Below, piece after piece: positions 1 to 13,941 of a DNA stretch of 64,000 nucleotides. Source of the stretch: Phoronis australis (lineage: Eukaryota > Animalia > Phoronida); contig NMRA01000304.1 of the NCBI GenBank assembly GCA_002633005.1, forward strand, positions 213,200-277,199, in the 5' to 3' direction. Under the pieces are notes generated by a model that worked only from the letters and a program-made list of their open reading frames with translations, had not been told where the DNA came from and ran no database searches. Position numbers and translations under genes: made by a program. How positions within the stretch are numbered: position 1 is the stretch's first letter; each line of letters opens with the position of its first letter.

Positions 1-253
1 GCCAAAAGTATTCAGACAAAATGACCGGTAATATCCCGTCATGACGACTGGGTGGAAACCGAATTCGTCCTCATAACAGTTTTCTCTCGTGTCCGAGAAT
101 GAAGGTGAATTAAGGACAGTTAGTGACGTGGCTAAGCCACTCTGTAATTAGCATTTTGCCACCTTATAGTCAATATCAGTCATTGTAGCTGTTAACAGAA
201 TTAGCCGTCGTGACGGGGAAATCGTTTGTCTTGACTACTTTTGTCTTGTACTG
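1..253 (+). mobile_element. MITE family A copy 1 (Tc1/mariner-like ends; left end cut by window)
   Basis: ccaaaagtattcagacaaaa at the start is inverted as tttgtcttgactacttttgtcttgtactg at the end; internal similarity to 36770-37004 and 28260-28480. Confidence 0.75.
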
Positions 254-1329
254 TCTTTTCTACAGCCATATCCCGAATTCAGCCCTTTTGCGGAGGTAGA
301 AAAATGCATGTTAGGATTGTTGTGGTTTTCGTTTCAGCATTGTCACTCATTGTGCAACAGTGAAAATTGATTCTGGCATTAGACTTGACTGATGCTGAAC
401 GACATTTGATGTAAAATAGTGATTAGCCATGAACGAAATATCCTGCTTCCACACCACGCTAACTGACATTTTTGCTTGTTTTGCTTCATGTTAGCTTTGT
501 AATAATGAAAATGAAAGTCGTCATTTCAAGCTTTTGCTTTTTAATATTGCTGATTTTTGTAAAAATATTTGCTTGTCAAATTTCCTTGAATTTCCTCGCT
601 GTACTCATTTCATTCTCTATGGCAGATAACTTTTGCTGATTTACGGTAATTTTCTCTTTAGAATATGATTTATGTTTCTCTGTGGAATATAATTTGATTA
701 AAATTCTCAAACCAAGGTATTTCGAATTCATTTATGTGACTTGTTGGTGTTTCTGAAACGTAATTGTTTCTGTTTTCACCCTTAGGTTTGGTTACCATTT
801 TTTTCCAGATTTTAATGTGTGATGTTTCTTTTTCTCGTATGACACAGCTTCTAGCTTTTTAGTATTATTAATATTGTTATTATTCTGTATCTTTATGCTA
901 ATGTGAATATGTGCCACATTTTCCAAGTGATTTGCTTGTGACTTTGGAGGCAATTATTCCTCTGCAGTCTGTGGAATCAACAGAGAAGCTCAAAATTCAC
1001 TGTCATGGTGTTGGTAGTGAAACAATAGGTCCTACTCCTACCTGAAAATGCACGCATTCAAGCATTGTTGTGTGGGACTTTTATCTCACGAGCGCCCCCT
1101 AGCTGAGCAGCTAATTTTGTTCTCAGTCTACTGTTCAAGGAATGAAAAGTGGGACTTTTTGTTGAAGAGTACTGGAATATACCTTTATTTCCACTGCGTG
1201 AGATTTCCTTACAAATGCACACCAGAGAGCTGACCCAAAGTGCCATCTATTGTGTACTATGCTAACTGGTGTACATCCAGTTTTCCACAGTCATGTGTGT
1301 TTTGTTATATCTTTTTCATTTTAACACAG

Positions 1330-1477
1330 GTTTGATGAAGAGAGTGAGGTCCCCACAGAGTTTGTCGAACAGATGGATGAGCTCTGCTATTGGCTGGATG
1401 AGACGGAGAGCATCGTCAATTCGTCTCTCAGGGTGGCCGATCAGGAGCATCTAGCGAGCTTCCTGGAAAAATTAAAG
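1330..1477 (+). CDS. DMD: Dystrophin exon, spectrin repeat (FDEESEVPTEFVEQMDELCYWLDETES...LEKLK)
   Basis: Acceptor ttaacacag at 1329, donor AAG|gtgtgc; phase 2 to 0; helix-A Trp motif of a spectrin repeat. Confidence 0.88.
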
Positions 1478-1946
1478 GTGTGCACACTGTCTTTTTCCTC
1501 AAACTGCAAAAGTCAAGCACCTCAAGAAGGCCTCAATTTTCCGTGGCCTCTACAGATTTCAAACAGTTCAAAAAATACAAACTTGAGAGGATTGGGACCA
1601 GTGTAACTTGAATTTTCAGTTGTGCTGCAACTTGCTTTAGAATTTGTTTGTGTTTTGGGCGCTGGAGGAACAATGAAACCCAGAGATTACATATTGTTCA
1701 GACTCTCATCGGGCAAATGCTTAAGGTCTGTCCCTCAGCAAGTTATTAAATTAGCAATTGCACTGTCAAGTTATGTTTTTGTTTGATTGTTGTATACGAC
1801 CATGAAATTTTGCACGTGGTTCAATTTAGGCAACACACTTTCCTGGTCTAATCTACCTTTGTCTTGTAGTCTTTCTACTGTATGGGGACTTTGTAGCTGC
1901 AGTCTTGATGCAGCTGTCTTAATCACCTTTCTCGTTTCTCTTCCAG

Positions 1947-2096
1947 GATAGGGAAGGTGATAAAGAGGCTAAGAGGCGGAGCCTGGACACAGTGACAGAG
2001 AAGGCTGGGCTACTAGCATCATCTGAAGTGACCAGTAAAGAAGATAAAGAGAGCATGCAGAAAGACATCCAGACACTCACCAATAAATGGCAGCAG
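1947..2096 (+). CDS. DMD: Dystrophin exon, spectrin repeat (DREGDKEAKRRSLD...LTNKWQQ)
   Basis: Pyrimidine tract plus ccag acceptor, donor CAG|gtaagg; 150 nt, phase 0 to 0; helix-C Trp. Confidence 0.92.
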
Positions 2097-3369
2097 GTAA
2101 GGGGGTGTTTTCAATTGCTGGCAATTTACGAGTGTTATAGCCATATGTTCCAGAGGATGGGTTGTTTGGGCTTGCTGCCTGAGTACCTTTTGTTGATGTC
2201 AAAATGATGTCTGAGCAATGAGTCAAAAACAAAAACCACAGACTTTTTAAAAGCTGTTCCAAAAGGGTGATTTATTTTACTTCTTTTTACGGACTATTTA
2301 ATCACTAAACAAAACCGGCTATCTTTCAGGATATGGCTAACTCGTTGTATTCCTAATTACAACGTTAGTTGTCAGTCATATTGCTGGTGGCCGTCACTCG
2401 CGATTGCGTTTAAACCATCTCTAAATTTTTAGTTTCCCCTCACCCTACCCTCGTTCATCTAACAAGGATAGTTCACTTGAAAAAATATTTCCTATAGTTC
2501 TTGCAAGTTAAAAACATTTTGTTTTACAATTTAAACACGCATTTTTGTAAGACTGCAAGCAAGTATTAAGTTAAACAAAATTAACGTGCAAAGAAATAGC
2601 TAAAATAATAATTTTTTTGTTTTACTTTTCACAGCACTTTACAGATGGATGTCAATGTATTGACCTTTGGAGTATAGTTAAATTTGTAACATGGATATTG
2701 ACCAATAGAAATTTCAACATTAATTTTGTGCATACATTCATGAGGAGAGGATCGAGAAAAGCATACATTTTGTAGATTCATGAAAATGTTGTTTTTCGTA
2801 AACAGTCTCTAAAGAAATTATACCACCTAGGGTTTCATTGATACAGTTTATCGTGTATTGCATCTTCTTGACCAAAAAGGTTTAGTTCCATTGCATTAAA
2901 TTGCCTGATTGTGGCTCAAGGTGTCTTCTCTGTATTGTCTTGTTATGGTTAAGGTCACCAATCTCCCAGTTTTTCTCGGGAAGTTTTAATGACGGTTCAT
3001 GTTGCATGATCTAGCTATACCATATGGCAGCACAAAGTTTTGGGTTAGAGGGTTTATTTCAATCTGTGAAGCTTGAATAACTCAGAAATACAACGTTGTT
3101 ACTAAATTCATTGCCAGAAATGCATAGAAGATTTAATTCTTGGGATTATTATGTTTTCATTTATTTTTTACTCACTTTCAAGAAATACCCATCTTTGAAA
3201 AAAAAATTTAAAATTTCACAGTTTTGTACAAGGCTAGTTTTTTATGCATAACTTTCCTAGTTGGAGTTCGACATCCCACTTTTTATGTACTTGTGGGGAA
3301 GAGAAAGAGTTGTGTGTGGGAGATGAAATTGTAATTGCAGTGAGAGTAATATCCTCGGTTTGTGTGCAG

Positions 3370-3555
3370 GTTTGCTCTCAGCTTCATTTGAAGATCGACC
3401 AAGTAGAACAGCGTCTGCAGCACATCCGCGGTTTTCACGACGAGTTGGACGACCTGGAGCGGTGGATTACAGAAACGAAGAGTCTGCTAGAGTCGCAGCA
3501 TGTCACCTCTACCACCTCAGCTGACGACCACGACTCAGTCGTGATAGACCCCCTG
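3370..3555 (+). CDS. DMD: Dystrophin exon, spectrin repeat (VCSQLHLKID...LERWITETK...VIDPL)
   Basis: tgcag acceptor, donor CTG|gtgagt; 186 nt, phase 0 to 0. Confidence 0.92.
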
Positions 3556-4248
3556 GTGAGTGGTTGACGCAACAACTGTGCCAAGATTTCTCTGTGTAAC
3601 CTGAGGAAGGGCAGTTTAGCCCGAAATGTTTACCAGATGAATATTTATTATACTGACGCAGACCGTGAGGCATCTCTCTGTGGTTGTTTAGTGATGTATT
3701 ACTGTCGTAGTGACTTCCATTTTATTTTTACTGAAATTCCAAAATAACAATTTCCCATTTTTTAAGTGGAGATACTTTCTGTTTTTAAAAATGCTAAGAA
3801 TTTTACCTGAGGAATGTTCCGTGACAGATGTTATAGTATACCTTTATGTTTCTGTCGAAGAATTTGTCAAATTTAAGATCCACGTCCAGTTTACTACACT
3901 GTGTGCAACATTGAGGAGTCGAGAGTTTGCCATTAAACTATGACCATAACATTTCATTTGATGAACTAAGTTGGCGATTTGGTTCGACCACTATTGCAAA
4001 GTTAAAGTAACTACTTTATACAAAAAAGTTGACCTGTCAGAGCTCATCGAAACTAGAGATGTATTTAATGCAATGCATAGTTTGTCTGACATATAGCCGG
4101 CATTTCACCGTTTTGCTAAACTAGGATTCCGGAGCTCAAACCATTGACTCACACTGTCATTGTATAGTTCAAATGGGATTCACTGTTAGTTTAAGCTGAG
4201 TGAATGCTAATGCATTATCATGGCTTCTCCTGGTTCTCTCTCATTTAG

Positions 4249-4468
4249 ACAATGCAGAGTGCTCTGGCTGCCCGTAAGAGCTATGTAGAGAGTGCCAACA
4301 GTTCGTGTCAACAGCTAATGGAGGAGTGCCGTGACAACAACCAGGAGTTCCCTGCCGCCATCAGCGAGAAGATGGACAGGATCAACACTAACTGGAATCT
4401 GATTATACACATGTCCAACAACCTCCGTCCAGTGTCTGAATCTAGCATGGAGTCTATGCTAACTGAAG
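4249..4468 (+). CDS. DMD: Dystrophin exon, end of repeat and hinge-like linker (TMQSALAARK...INTNWNLI...MLTE)
   Basis: ttag acceptor, donor AAG|gtatga; 220 nt, phase 0 to 1. Confidence 0.9.
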
Positions 4469-4686
4469 GTATGAAGATATAGAAATGTGGGCATACCCCT
4501 CGGGTGATATCAGGTCACATACAACGTGTTGTGCACGAGGAACCAGTCTATATGAGAAACCGTGATTTCGGCTAAATTTTCCTAGCCGTGAGACAGCTAC
4601 TGAACTTTGACCCTCTGTTGTTTTGCTCCAGTTAACTTTCTCCAGTTTGACTGCTGCAGTGACGATACTTCTTGTTTTCTTTTCAG

Positions 4687-4856
4687 AAAAAGTACAGAAA
4701 CGAGTAAGTGTGGAGACATTATCGCCGTGGCCGGACTTCGACAAGTCTGTCGCTGAGCTGCATGACTGGCTCACCCTGTTGGAGAGAATGCTCAAGTCGC
4801 AGGTGGTTACCATAGGTGATGGTGATGAGATTCGTGACATGATGGTGAAACAGCAG
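4687..4856 (+). CDS. DMD: Dystrophin exon, homologous to 3' part of human exon 51 (FDKSVAELHDWLTLLERMLKSQVVTIGD)
   Basis: ttttcag acceptor, donor CAG|gttggt; phase 1 to 0; resembles the human repeat-20 start (ELTDWLSLLDQVIKSQRVMVGD). Confidence 0.95.
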
Positions 4857-5030
4857 GTTGGTGTCAATCAATTTCACATGGGAGGCGGGAGTACACAAGA
4901 AATGTGTGTTGTTAACTCTTGGTGAAGAATTATGTGCTTTGGGCCACCAAATCATGAACTAACTAGCTCTTCTGATGTGCCAGTCAGTTGCTAGTCTTGT
5001 CTGCAAATATGCAAATTAGTTGAGTTCATG

Positions 5031-5973
5031 CACAGATTCATTCAATGGTGTGATCAGTTATATTTGTTAAGGTATGGTATTATCATTAAAGACTAGTTAG
5101 TTGATAGGTGTACATAACATTGTTCACTCTTGTCATTCCCACCATCAGTTTAACAACAGGAGCACATGGTTATGGACTTAAACAATGGTTCACCTTCATT
5201 TTAAGGTGTCCAGAAGTTCACACCAAATGTGTACCTGTTCAAATTTAAACATTTGCTGAGCCAGGTACATTCTGTGGGTATTTCAACTAATTTTTTTTTT
5301 TTTTTTTGCTTATAGTTTAAACATTTGCCAGTTGTCGTTACTGACTCATTTGTTTTCAAGAGGCTGTTAACTGTTGTACAGTTTTTATAGGTTCAGATTT
5401 TAGAACTATCACCCATTACCTTTCCCAGTTACAATGCACATTCGCAGTACAATATTTCAATAGTCATCAGAAATTGTTCAGTAGTTCCTGCTCGACATGT
5501 CCCNCACAGAATCATTCAATGGTGTGATCAGTTATATTTGTTAAGGTATGGTATTATCATTAAAGAATAGTTAGTTGATAGGTGTACATAACATTGTTCA
5601 CTCTTGTCATTCCCACCATCAGTTTAACAACAGGAGCACATGGTTATGGACTTAAACAATGGTTCACTTTCATTTTAAGGTGTCCTGAAGTTCACACCAA
5701 ATGTGTACCTGTTCAAATTTAATCATTTGCTGAGCCAGGTACATTCTGTGGGTATTTCAACTAATTTTTTTTTTTTTGCTTATAATTTAAACATTTGCCA
5801 GTTGTCGTTACTGACTCATTTGTTTTCAAGAGGCTGTTAACTGTTGTACAGTTTTTATAGGTTCAGATTTTAGAACTATCACCCATTACCTTTCCCAGTT
5901 ACAATGCACATTCGCAGTACAATATTTCAATAGTCATCAGAAATTGTTCAGTAGTTCCTGCTCGACATGTCCC
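5031..5973. repeat. About 470-bp near-identical direct duplication centred on an N (5504); probable haplotype-overlap artefact
   Basis: 5031-5503 repeated at 5505-5973 with a few SNPs and a poly-T length difference. Confidence 0.9.
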
Positions 5974-8900
5974 ACACTAAATAGTGCCTGGACATGGTTC
6001 CAATCATCGTGCCAACCTGAAACCTGAATGACAAAAGTATCAAGCCAAAAATAGGGTAATCGGTTCTGAGTTTGTGTTGTTTTTTTTTGAAAACTGATGC
6101 AGTATTTTTAGTTGTCCATATTTTCCAAAAGAAAAGTCAGCAAATGTTAGTGGGAATGGTTCAGGATCCTTCACCTTTCACACAGCACCTCCTGGTGACA
6201 GCCTTGAGTCCGGCGCGGAACAAAATCAAAGAGGCTCATGGGATGAACTGAAATTTCCCACTTTGCAAGCCATGCGTCATTTAGTTATGTTTGGTGACAG
6301 TTATTTGCAACATTTTATACATGCCTACCTTTTGTGGGAAAAGCAACTCGTTGAAAATGAAAAGTATATTCTTGAAAACTCATTGAAAATCAAAGAATGT
6401 ATAGTAATTAGAAGGAAGCATGATGAAGATTGTTGACCTGCAGGGGAGCCTGTGGGTGCTTCAATAGCAGACTACTGGGGAGAGTCTTTCTCATAACTTA
6501 GGACAGCTTTTGGTCTTACACTCCACACGGACTGAACGTCTATGTATTATGTTAGGCAGTTTTTTAGCCATATTTATCAGCCAGGAAGCTCTTTTGAGGG
6601 GGTGTATACCATGCTTTTTCTGTCCATCTCCGTGTTTGGCTGTAAGAGACCTGTGATTGTGCCCTTTCACTAATGAGGAACTATTTTATGTGTGGGGATT
6701 GCCGGAATAGTGAAAACCTGAAGTCTTGTTTAACTTCATAAAAACCCACCCCACTTTGACCAATAGGTGTCGCTGATGTGTTTTACTTGGGAACAAAGGA
6801 GCATCATTGAAAACCAATCACCTTATCAGCTTGGGTAGCGTGTAGAGCGACAAAGTTGACTTTTATGTCATCCAAAAATTCAATGTGGCAGCACGTTTTA
6901 ATGATTTATTATCAAATTACGTTTTTATTATTATTTATGATGAATATGTGCTTGAGACAGGTTATGAAGGATCCCAGAAAATTGTTGTTTAACTTCAGAA
7001 TGCCGTATCTCAAAATGGCTGATCATATTCAAATGAAACTTTCGCATATGTTTTATTAACTGTTGTCCAATATGCTTTTTGGAATTGGTTTTAAAATGTT
7101 CCACTTTTGCAGTAGAGGCTACAAAAATAGGGCTTTTATGATTTTCATGAGAAAATCAAAAAGTTGCATAAACGAAAACAAAATATTTTGTCTTTAACAT
7201 TTTTACCGATGATCATGTTATTGATGCTGTTCTTTTGCTATGAATGCACTTTTCTTTTTTGCTCAATTTTACTGAAAAGACATGGTCACATGACCCAGTT
7301 CATGACAGATTGGTGTAAAGTTAAAATTCAACAAAGTCTGCGTGCTTTCTACATTCAGAAAATATATATTTTTGAGGAGTTAATTTCTCCAGTTTTTAAA
7401 TATTTGGTTAAATGTGCGAACGTGTCGATAATGTCCTGCATAGCTTTAGATTGAAATGACACCTTTGCAGTGATATATTGTTTAATTAATAGTGGGGGTT
7501 TTTGCATTTCTTTGTTCGTTGATGCCAAAATGGTTTTAAACTGCTTATTTATTGATTGAGTCCTTTGGTGCAATGACTTTAGATCCCACCTTGAACTGTT
7601 CTGCTTACAAAACGCTACTATGAATATTGAGCTGGCAATTATCAAACATTAGAGTATTTGTAGACGTGACAGCTCCAGGCAATCTGTCTCGTTCATATCT
7701 ACCTGTAATCGCTTCCTTTTCTGGTTCGCCTTGTACTGATCATCGGTAAGTTCAAATAAAACATCAAAATCATTTTTACTAAATCAGTTGCTTGTTGTTA
7801 TGAATGCTATGCTCACTGAAGAAGATCAATATTACTCTTAAGTCAGCTTTCTAACACAAACATACAATAAACCTCGCCCTTAGATCCTCGCTCATGCGTA
7901 TATAATTGTCGATGTTAATGTGATAGCCGTAATTATTCTCCATACTCGCAAATCCAGCCAATAAATAGCTCAATTTGAGCATGAAATATAGAATTATGCT
8001 GGGCCATGAAATCAGACTAATTTCCATTGATGAATTGAGGACAGTCTCAATGTCAAATCTGTGACCTTATTTGATCATTTTGAGGCGGACTTCGATGCTG
8101 GATGGGACTACAGTAAAGAGGGGATACTATTAGACTACGTCATAATTGTAAGGTAATGGACGTTAGGATTAAAAATGAAACAATTTATTTTGATTTTGTC
8201 CTGTTCTAACTCTCTATCTGATGATTATTGATTTTAGACAAGGTTTAAAGTTATTGTGTAAGTCTTGAAACGAAGTTTTTTGGACAGCTGTGATTTGTCG
8301 TTAATGTGGACTTGATTTCATTTTTTCCTCACTTTAAGACTTGTGCTATGATTCTTTTGCTATAACTAATTAACGAAGTATCACTGAACAACTGTATTAC
8401 GTATAGCCTCAGGTAGGGATTTTGATTTTTTGCTGATGTCGCAGTTACCGGTTTCCCCAGTTAATCAGACATTTCGTTGGATTGAATTTCGGATTACTGA
8501 TGGTACACCCTTGCCATCGTGTGGAAGATAATTTTAACTTATCAGAATCGAAGGGTTTGTTCCTATTTGTTGTCACTTCAAGGAGGCACAAAATCGTCTC
8601 AAGCTGTGCCTTCGGGGATTTGCAAATCTTTTATCTTTTTATTCGTTACTTAGGTATGTGCCTCAAGTTTCTTGATCTTTATCTCAGGTGAAATGGCCTC
8701 GAGGTAGTTTGCCATTATCATGCTAGGTGGCGTCACTGGCTTCAGCAATGTAACCTGATCTGATTTTTGTTAGTGCGTGCATTGACCAAGATTTTCTCTT
8801 TTGATTTTTTTTAATAGAGCTATGTCTAATAGATCTTTACATGGAATAGCTTGTCATAAGTATTTTAGGTTTTTTTTGACTGTCTGTAATTGTCTTAATG

Positions 8901-9255
8901 TAACATTTTTTCGGGGTCCTGTTCGTATGTTATTAGGAATGCATTCATGAATGATAATTTTATCAGCTCAGAATGCTGGTTTTTGTTAATAGCCTGTTAA
9001 AGAAGGACATATTAACATAAAGAACGTTTGATGATTTCTTTGTATTTCCACCCATAATAATAATAATTGATTGACAAGTTGCTTCAATATTTCCCTATAG
9101 TGGTGTACGTGCAGAACAAGTAAATCGTATCGAGAAGATGTGCGCTGTTGCTGTTCGCAATTTGTAACAGAAGGTTAACATTTCCCCTCTGCCAGCACTA
9201 TGGTGTGTGATAGCCGGAGTGGCATTTGACTGGTGTCTTATTGGTGTATTTACAG

Positions 9256-9373
9256 AGTTTAGTTCAAGACATAGAATCCAAACAGACCGTCTACAGTGAC
9301 CTGACGGCACAGGGTGACAAGCTGCAGAGAGAGACCGACAACCTTGCAGAACAGAGTTTATTGCGAGAGAAAG
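9256..9373 (+). CDS. DMD: Dystrophin exon-52 homologue (SLVQDIESKQTVYSDLTAQGDKLQRETDNLAEQSLLREK); absent from ORF track
   Basis: tttacag acceptor, donor AAG|gtaact; 118 nt, phase 0 to 1, same length and phase as human exon 52; bridges the flanking exons. Confidence 0.92.
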
Positions 9374-11085
9374 GTAACTGTACACTGCTTAATACAGGAT
9401 AATTATTACAAGTAATTAAAGTGCACCATTGTGGGTGATTGATTGCTATCTGATATGCCTGTGTCAAGCTTCTAATTTAGATTGTCCCACTGTATGACAA
9501 GGAGAATACAGCCAGTTGAATTACATTTGTGATAGGATAGATTAACAAAGTTGGATCACAGAAATGACCACAGATCGTAGTACAGGTTTGTTTGGGAACT
9601 ACTGGCTTTTTGTTCATGCTGACATTCCTTTTCTCTGTGTTGTAAATGTGTACATAGTTCTGGAAAGCGATATCTTAGAAACTAGATTCTTTGGAGAATG
9701 CAGTGTCAAGAGTTGTGTTGATTATTGTGCGATAGGTTCATGTATGTTGTGAAGAATTATGATGGATGTGATTTATTAAGATTGGTGCTTGCTCCTTGCA
9801 TGTGGACATTATTAGGGTCTGTTTGAAAACCAATGTCCACATGGTGCTGTTGTGAGTGCAGTTTTAAGCAGCAGGTATCGATGAAATTTGTCGGTTTGGT
9901 GATTCTTGAAAAAATCGTGGTTGATTAAGGGCACTGGTCCTAAGTAGTTTCAGCTGTAAAAATTAAGGTTAGCAGCTAAGTGTGTTGCACACATGGACAG
10001 CAGATGGCGCTACTGACTAATACATGACATATTTTCCTTGCGAGACAAAAAAGATGAGATGAGACAGAAAAGAACGTTGAGTGAATCATGTAACTTAGTT
10101 CTGCTTTTCATTAGATTTGTTACTCCATTTGATGCTCCGTTATCCTGTGAGTGAGTGCTGGTGCCAAAAATGTGTGCTTTTAAGTGATAATGAATTCTGT
10201 TCTGGATATTGCAAATTTTTTATGATATACTATTATATTTCATCGCACTTTTTGTTATTGTTAATTTACGTGTGGACATGTAAGTTTGCGAATTTTTTCC
10301 TTCTTGCCTCCTTTATTTTACAAATTAACTCAAGAAAAGGATAAATGAGAATTGTCAAAATTGGGTATTTTAATATGAAATTACAAGCATGCCATAGACA
10401 GCTGTAACAAAATGTTCTTCCTTAAACCAGTTGTCAACTTATGCGAGTAGTTGCCTATGATCTTTTCTTCAAAACTTGCGGTTTCTTTTATCCTACTGTC
10501 AATGTTATTTCCTTTGTGGGGTCATACACCTTCAAATATTTAAGATAGTCATCCAGCTTAAAAAAACACACAATAGAAAAACCTTTATGATGTTAAATGA
10601 AGCACGCTCCATCAGCTAAAGAAACGGGTCGTTGTTTATAACAATAGAGTCCTGTGTAGAAATCTGGTCCTTGAACTGAGTTCAATGTTTGTTTGTCTTG
10701 GATCTTAGTTCTCCTGCCATAATCTTGTTCAAGTGGACCAGGGCTTACCTGGCCAGGTACCAAGGTGTTGATACATTCTTACCTGCGTGTGTATGCCTGT
10801 ATCCTCACCCAGCACCGGGACCACATGTGTGTCAACGTGTTATCTGTGGTTTCGTGGATTAACTTATGTGGCACCTAAGCATCAGGTTGTAAAGATGGAG
10901 TTGTCAACGGGTCACTGTTCTCATATCACCTGGATTTCTTCCTGACTGAGAACGAAGAGGGGACTAGCATAATCAGGGTTCGACTCTCTTGGCTGGATGC
11001 CTGTAGACATAGCTTAGGCACTGGGTGTGTTGAGGTTGTGGGGTTTTCATTGTACGTGGATTTTTTCGTGGGGACATAGAGCGGC

Positions 11086-11137
11086 ATGGATGACTACATT
11101 ATCGCAAGAGATAGCATGGATCTCTCCTCAGAGATAT
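11086..11137 (+). CDS. DMD: Candidate alternative first coding exon (MDDYIIARDSMDLSSEI), splices in frame to 22815
   Basis: ggcATGG start context, 17 codons + 1 nt, donor |gtaagt, phase 1 matches the acceptor at 22815. Confidence 0.65.
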
Positions 11138-13844
11138 GTAAGTAGGGTTGATTTCTATGTGTTTTTGTAACAGCAAAGTACCTTAATTTTCTCTGACAAC
11201 CTTGTGAGAAAAGTGGACCTTATTCAAAATGTTGTCATTTTCGTTAATAATTGGGATCCGGAAGTGTAAGATGGGTAGTAATATTCACCCTCTTGTGTAT
11301 ATGTTTATGTTAAAGACAAGGTGTTGGTTATGTGGTCCTCAAATGGTAGCAGTGACTGGTACATGGCTCTGAAATGCGCAAAATTATGTGAAATATTTCC
11401 ACCAATAACAATCCTGCAATGTGACTGCTTAAAATAAGTCAACATCTGGACTTCATGTTGACTTAAGCCTCCCTATCAGTGTTAAATGTGTTAAGAAGAA
11501 TTTTTAAAATTTTTCTAAATGTGCAATAGTGAACCACAAACACATGAGTTTTGTTGACAGCAGATCCAAACCAGACCTCAAAAGGATGCCCAAGGCTATG
11601 GCTTTACTCACTCCACTGGTGTTGTTGGGTCACACTCTGTTGTCTACCTAGCTATTTACCTTTGGATCAGCCTGTAAATTTATCCACCTGTCAAACATTG
11701 TGGTTATTAATGAGTCATTAATTGAGCAAGGATTTGACTGGACATGGAGAATTCTCTTGTTATGCTAAGCATTAGTTTGGTAGTTTTGCTGTCACCATTT
11801 GTTCTATCTCTGTGAATGGTTAAGGTGCTATCTGAGACTATTTATCAGCAGCTTTCCATTTGATTGTTTTAGGTCGAGGTTGAGGATAAAATTCTGATAA
11901 GAAGGTTTAATGATCCGTTTTTGACATTTTGATTTCATACCCTGGGTAATAAAAGTGCGAGTTATATCTGTTAGATTTATAATAGCTTTCACTTACATTA
12001 TTTCGGGGGGGACTTGAAAATTAAGATATCCGCCCACCAAGAGAGTGAACTCCAAAAAAGGCAACCATTTACTTGGCAGCTTTTTTTTTGAAAAGTCACC
12101 ATTTCTAAGGGTTTTTTCTTCGCTAGTCACATGAATGTTATTGTTTTATTCATAATTGCTGCCTTGATCGTCATGGTTGTCGTCGTCCTCCCCATCGTCG
12201 TCTTTTCGATTAATTCCGCCAAGTGTCGCTCCTCCGAGTGCTCTCGTTTTGAAAAGTCACCATTTCTAAGGGTTTTTTTCAGAAGCGCCACCCGTATGGG
12301 GGGTTAATCCCATAGACTTTGCCCCAGCTTTCGTAGGGATTCTCAATCTACTGTTGATCTAGTCTGAACTGCAAGAAGACATGCATGTTGTCAGAAATAA
12401 ATACATCTTTTGCAACAAAGGTTTTGAAATAATATTAAAAATCTTTCTACAGATTTGTGTTGTTGGAAAAAAAGAAAACATTTTATAGACTTTCGAACTC
12501 TCAAAGTGAAACCTTTAGGAAATTGTCGTAAAAGACGCCTTTTTGTAGTAAATTTTATTAGAAAAGGCGTCTTTTCATAGGGAAAGTCACCGTGGAAAAG
12601 TCACTCTCCTGAGCTGCGTGTACTGTATACCTCTTGTATGGCAGTACCCTCAGGATTATTTCTGTTGATTGCAATGTCGATGTACCTTTTGTTTGTGTTT
12701 ATTTTCGTATATGCTGGAAGTTTTACATCATAATCAAAGTAATGGTCATCGTAGGAGGCTGGTCACTGAGTTCTAGGGATTTCATTTCAATAACGAAACG
12801 CTGGATGTGTTTCTCCCAATGAAGCAAGTTTTGTGGGCATTTCATGTTAAACTAAAATGTAATCAAATTAGGACACACTGGGGTGGCTAGTGAAATTTCT
12901 TGCTGTTTTATAAAAAGTGCGCTGCAAAAACGCTTTTTTATGGTCAAGTTTTGTACCATACTTTAACCGTCAGACTAGATTTTGAAAAAAAATCTAAGCC
13001 TTTACAACAGTTAAATGACCTTGAAAAAATTAAAAAGCAATTATTTTTGTTGATAATTGGTGATTTCTTACCGCACAATTAATTAACAAGGGTATTTTCC
13101 ACTCTTGTGTCCTCTCACCTTAAGCATGTGTTCTCAAACATACAATTTTCCTGGAACTTGCAGCATGTCAAGTAATTAACTAACTGCTAAGTTTGTGGAA
13201 CTGTGCTATATCTTAGATGCTGGCACGCACAACTAATGAGGAATGTGTATGCCAGTGGTTATCTGACAAAGTTTTTCTAGAGTCCCACACCAGTCGGGAG
13301 TGGGCTAAGACGTCACTATCTCCACATTGGTGGATTCCCTGCTGTTGATGACGGACAGCTCTTTGTTTACTCAAGGGACAGCAGGTCACATAGCTTTCAT
13401 TCAGTGTGGTTTTCTTGGCCTGCCTAAATCTACACTTAAAACGCCTCTTGTTGATGGAATGTCATCTCACTGAATAGAGCTTAGATACTGGCCAAGTTCT
13501 CTGATGGTTCCTCGAATGGCATGGATGAGCAGATAGCAATGCAGTGCTAATTGTTGATGGATTTATGAATTGGTTTGGTGCTGATGTTGGTGGTGGCAAG
13601 CAAGAACCCGTATCAACAGCAGACAGTTGTCGGTGGCACTTTTTTATAAGTTCCATCTGGACTGTGGCGCTAACTGTTAATTTTCAAACCACATTGTGTG
13701 TGTGTTCAAAGTGACGGGTGGTTGTCTCATCTGAAACCTCTACATCTGAAACTTGTACATCTGAACATTGTTGAATAAGTGGACCAGTGGTTGTGGAGCC
13801 TTAGGTTTTATTGAGGAGGGTAGGGTAACATCTCTCAAGTCGCC

Positions 13845-13941
13845 ATGGATACATCGGAGACCTCGGTCATGAATAGAGCTGAAATCAGAGACTCCTTGGA
13901 TATGGATTTTTCATTTGATTTAGACCTTGAGAAAGAGTTTG
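13845..13941 (+). CDS. DMD: Candidate alternative first coding exon (MDTSETSVMNRAEIRDSLDMDFSFDLDLEKEF), splices in frame to 22815
   Basis: gccATGG Kozak context, 32 codons + 1 nt, donor TTG|gtaagc, phase 1. Confidence 0.72.

Noticed and set aside
7664-7745. Possible exon ending at strong donor TCG|gtaagt
   Set aside because: The phase-0 reading hits TGA at once and the open frame does not fit the flanking exons; could only be non-coding.
8034-8152. Coding-looking stretch (FDHFEADFDAGWDYSKEG...) before gtaagg/gtaatg donors
   Set aside because: In-frame stop upstream, no Met and no clear acceptor.
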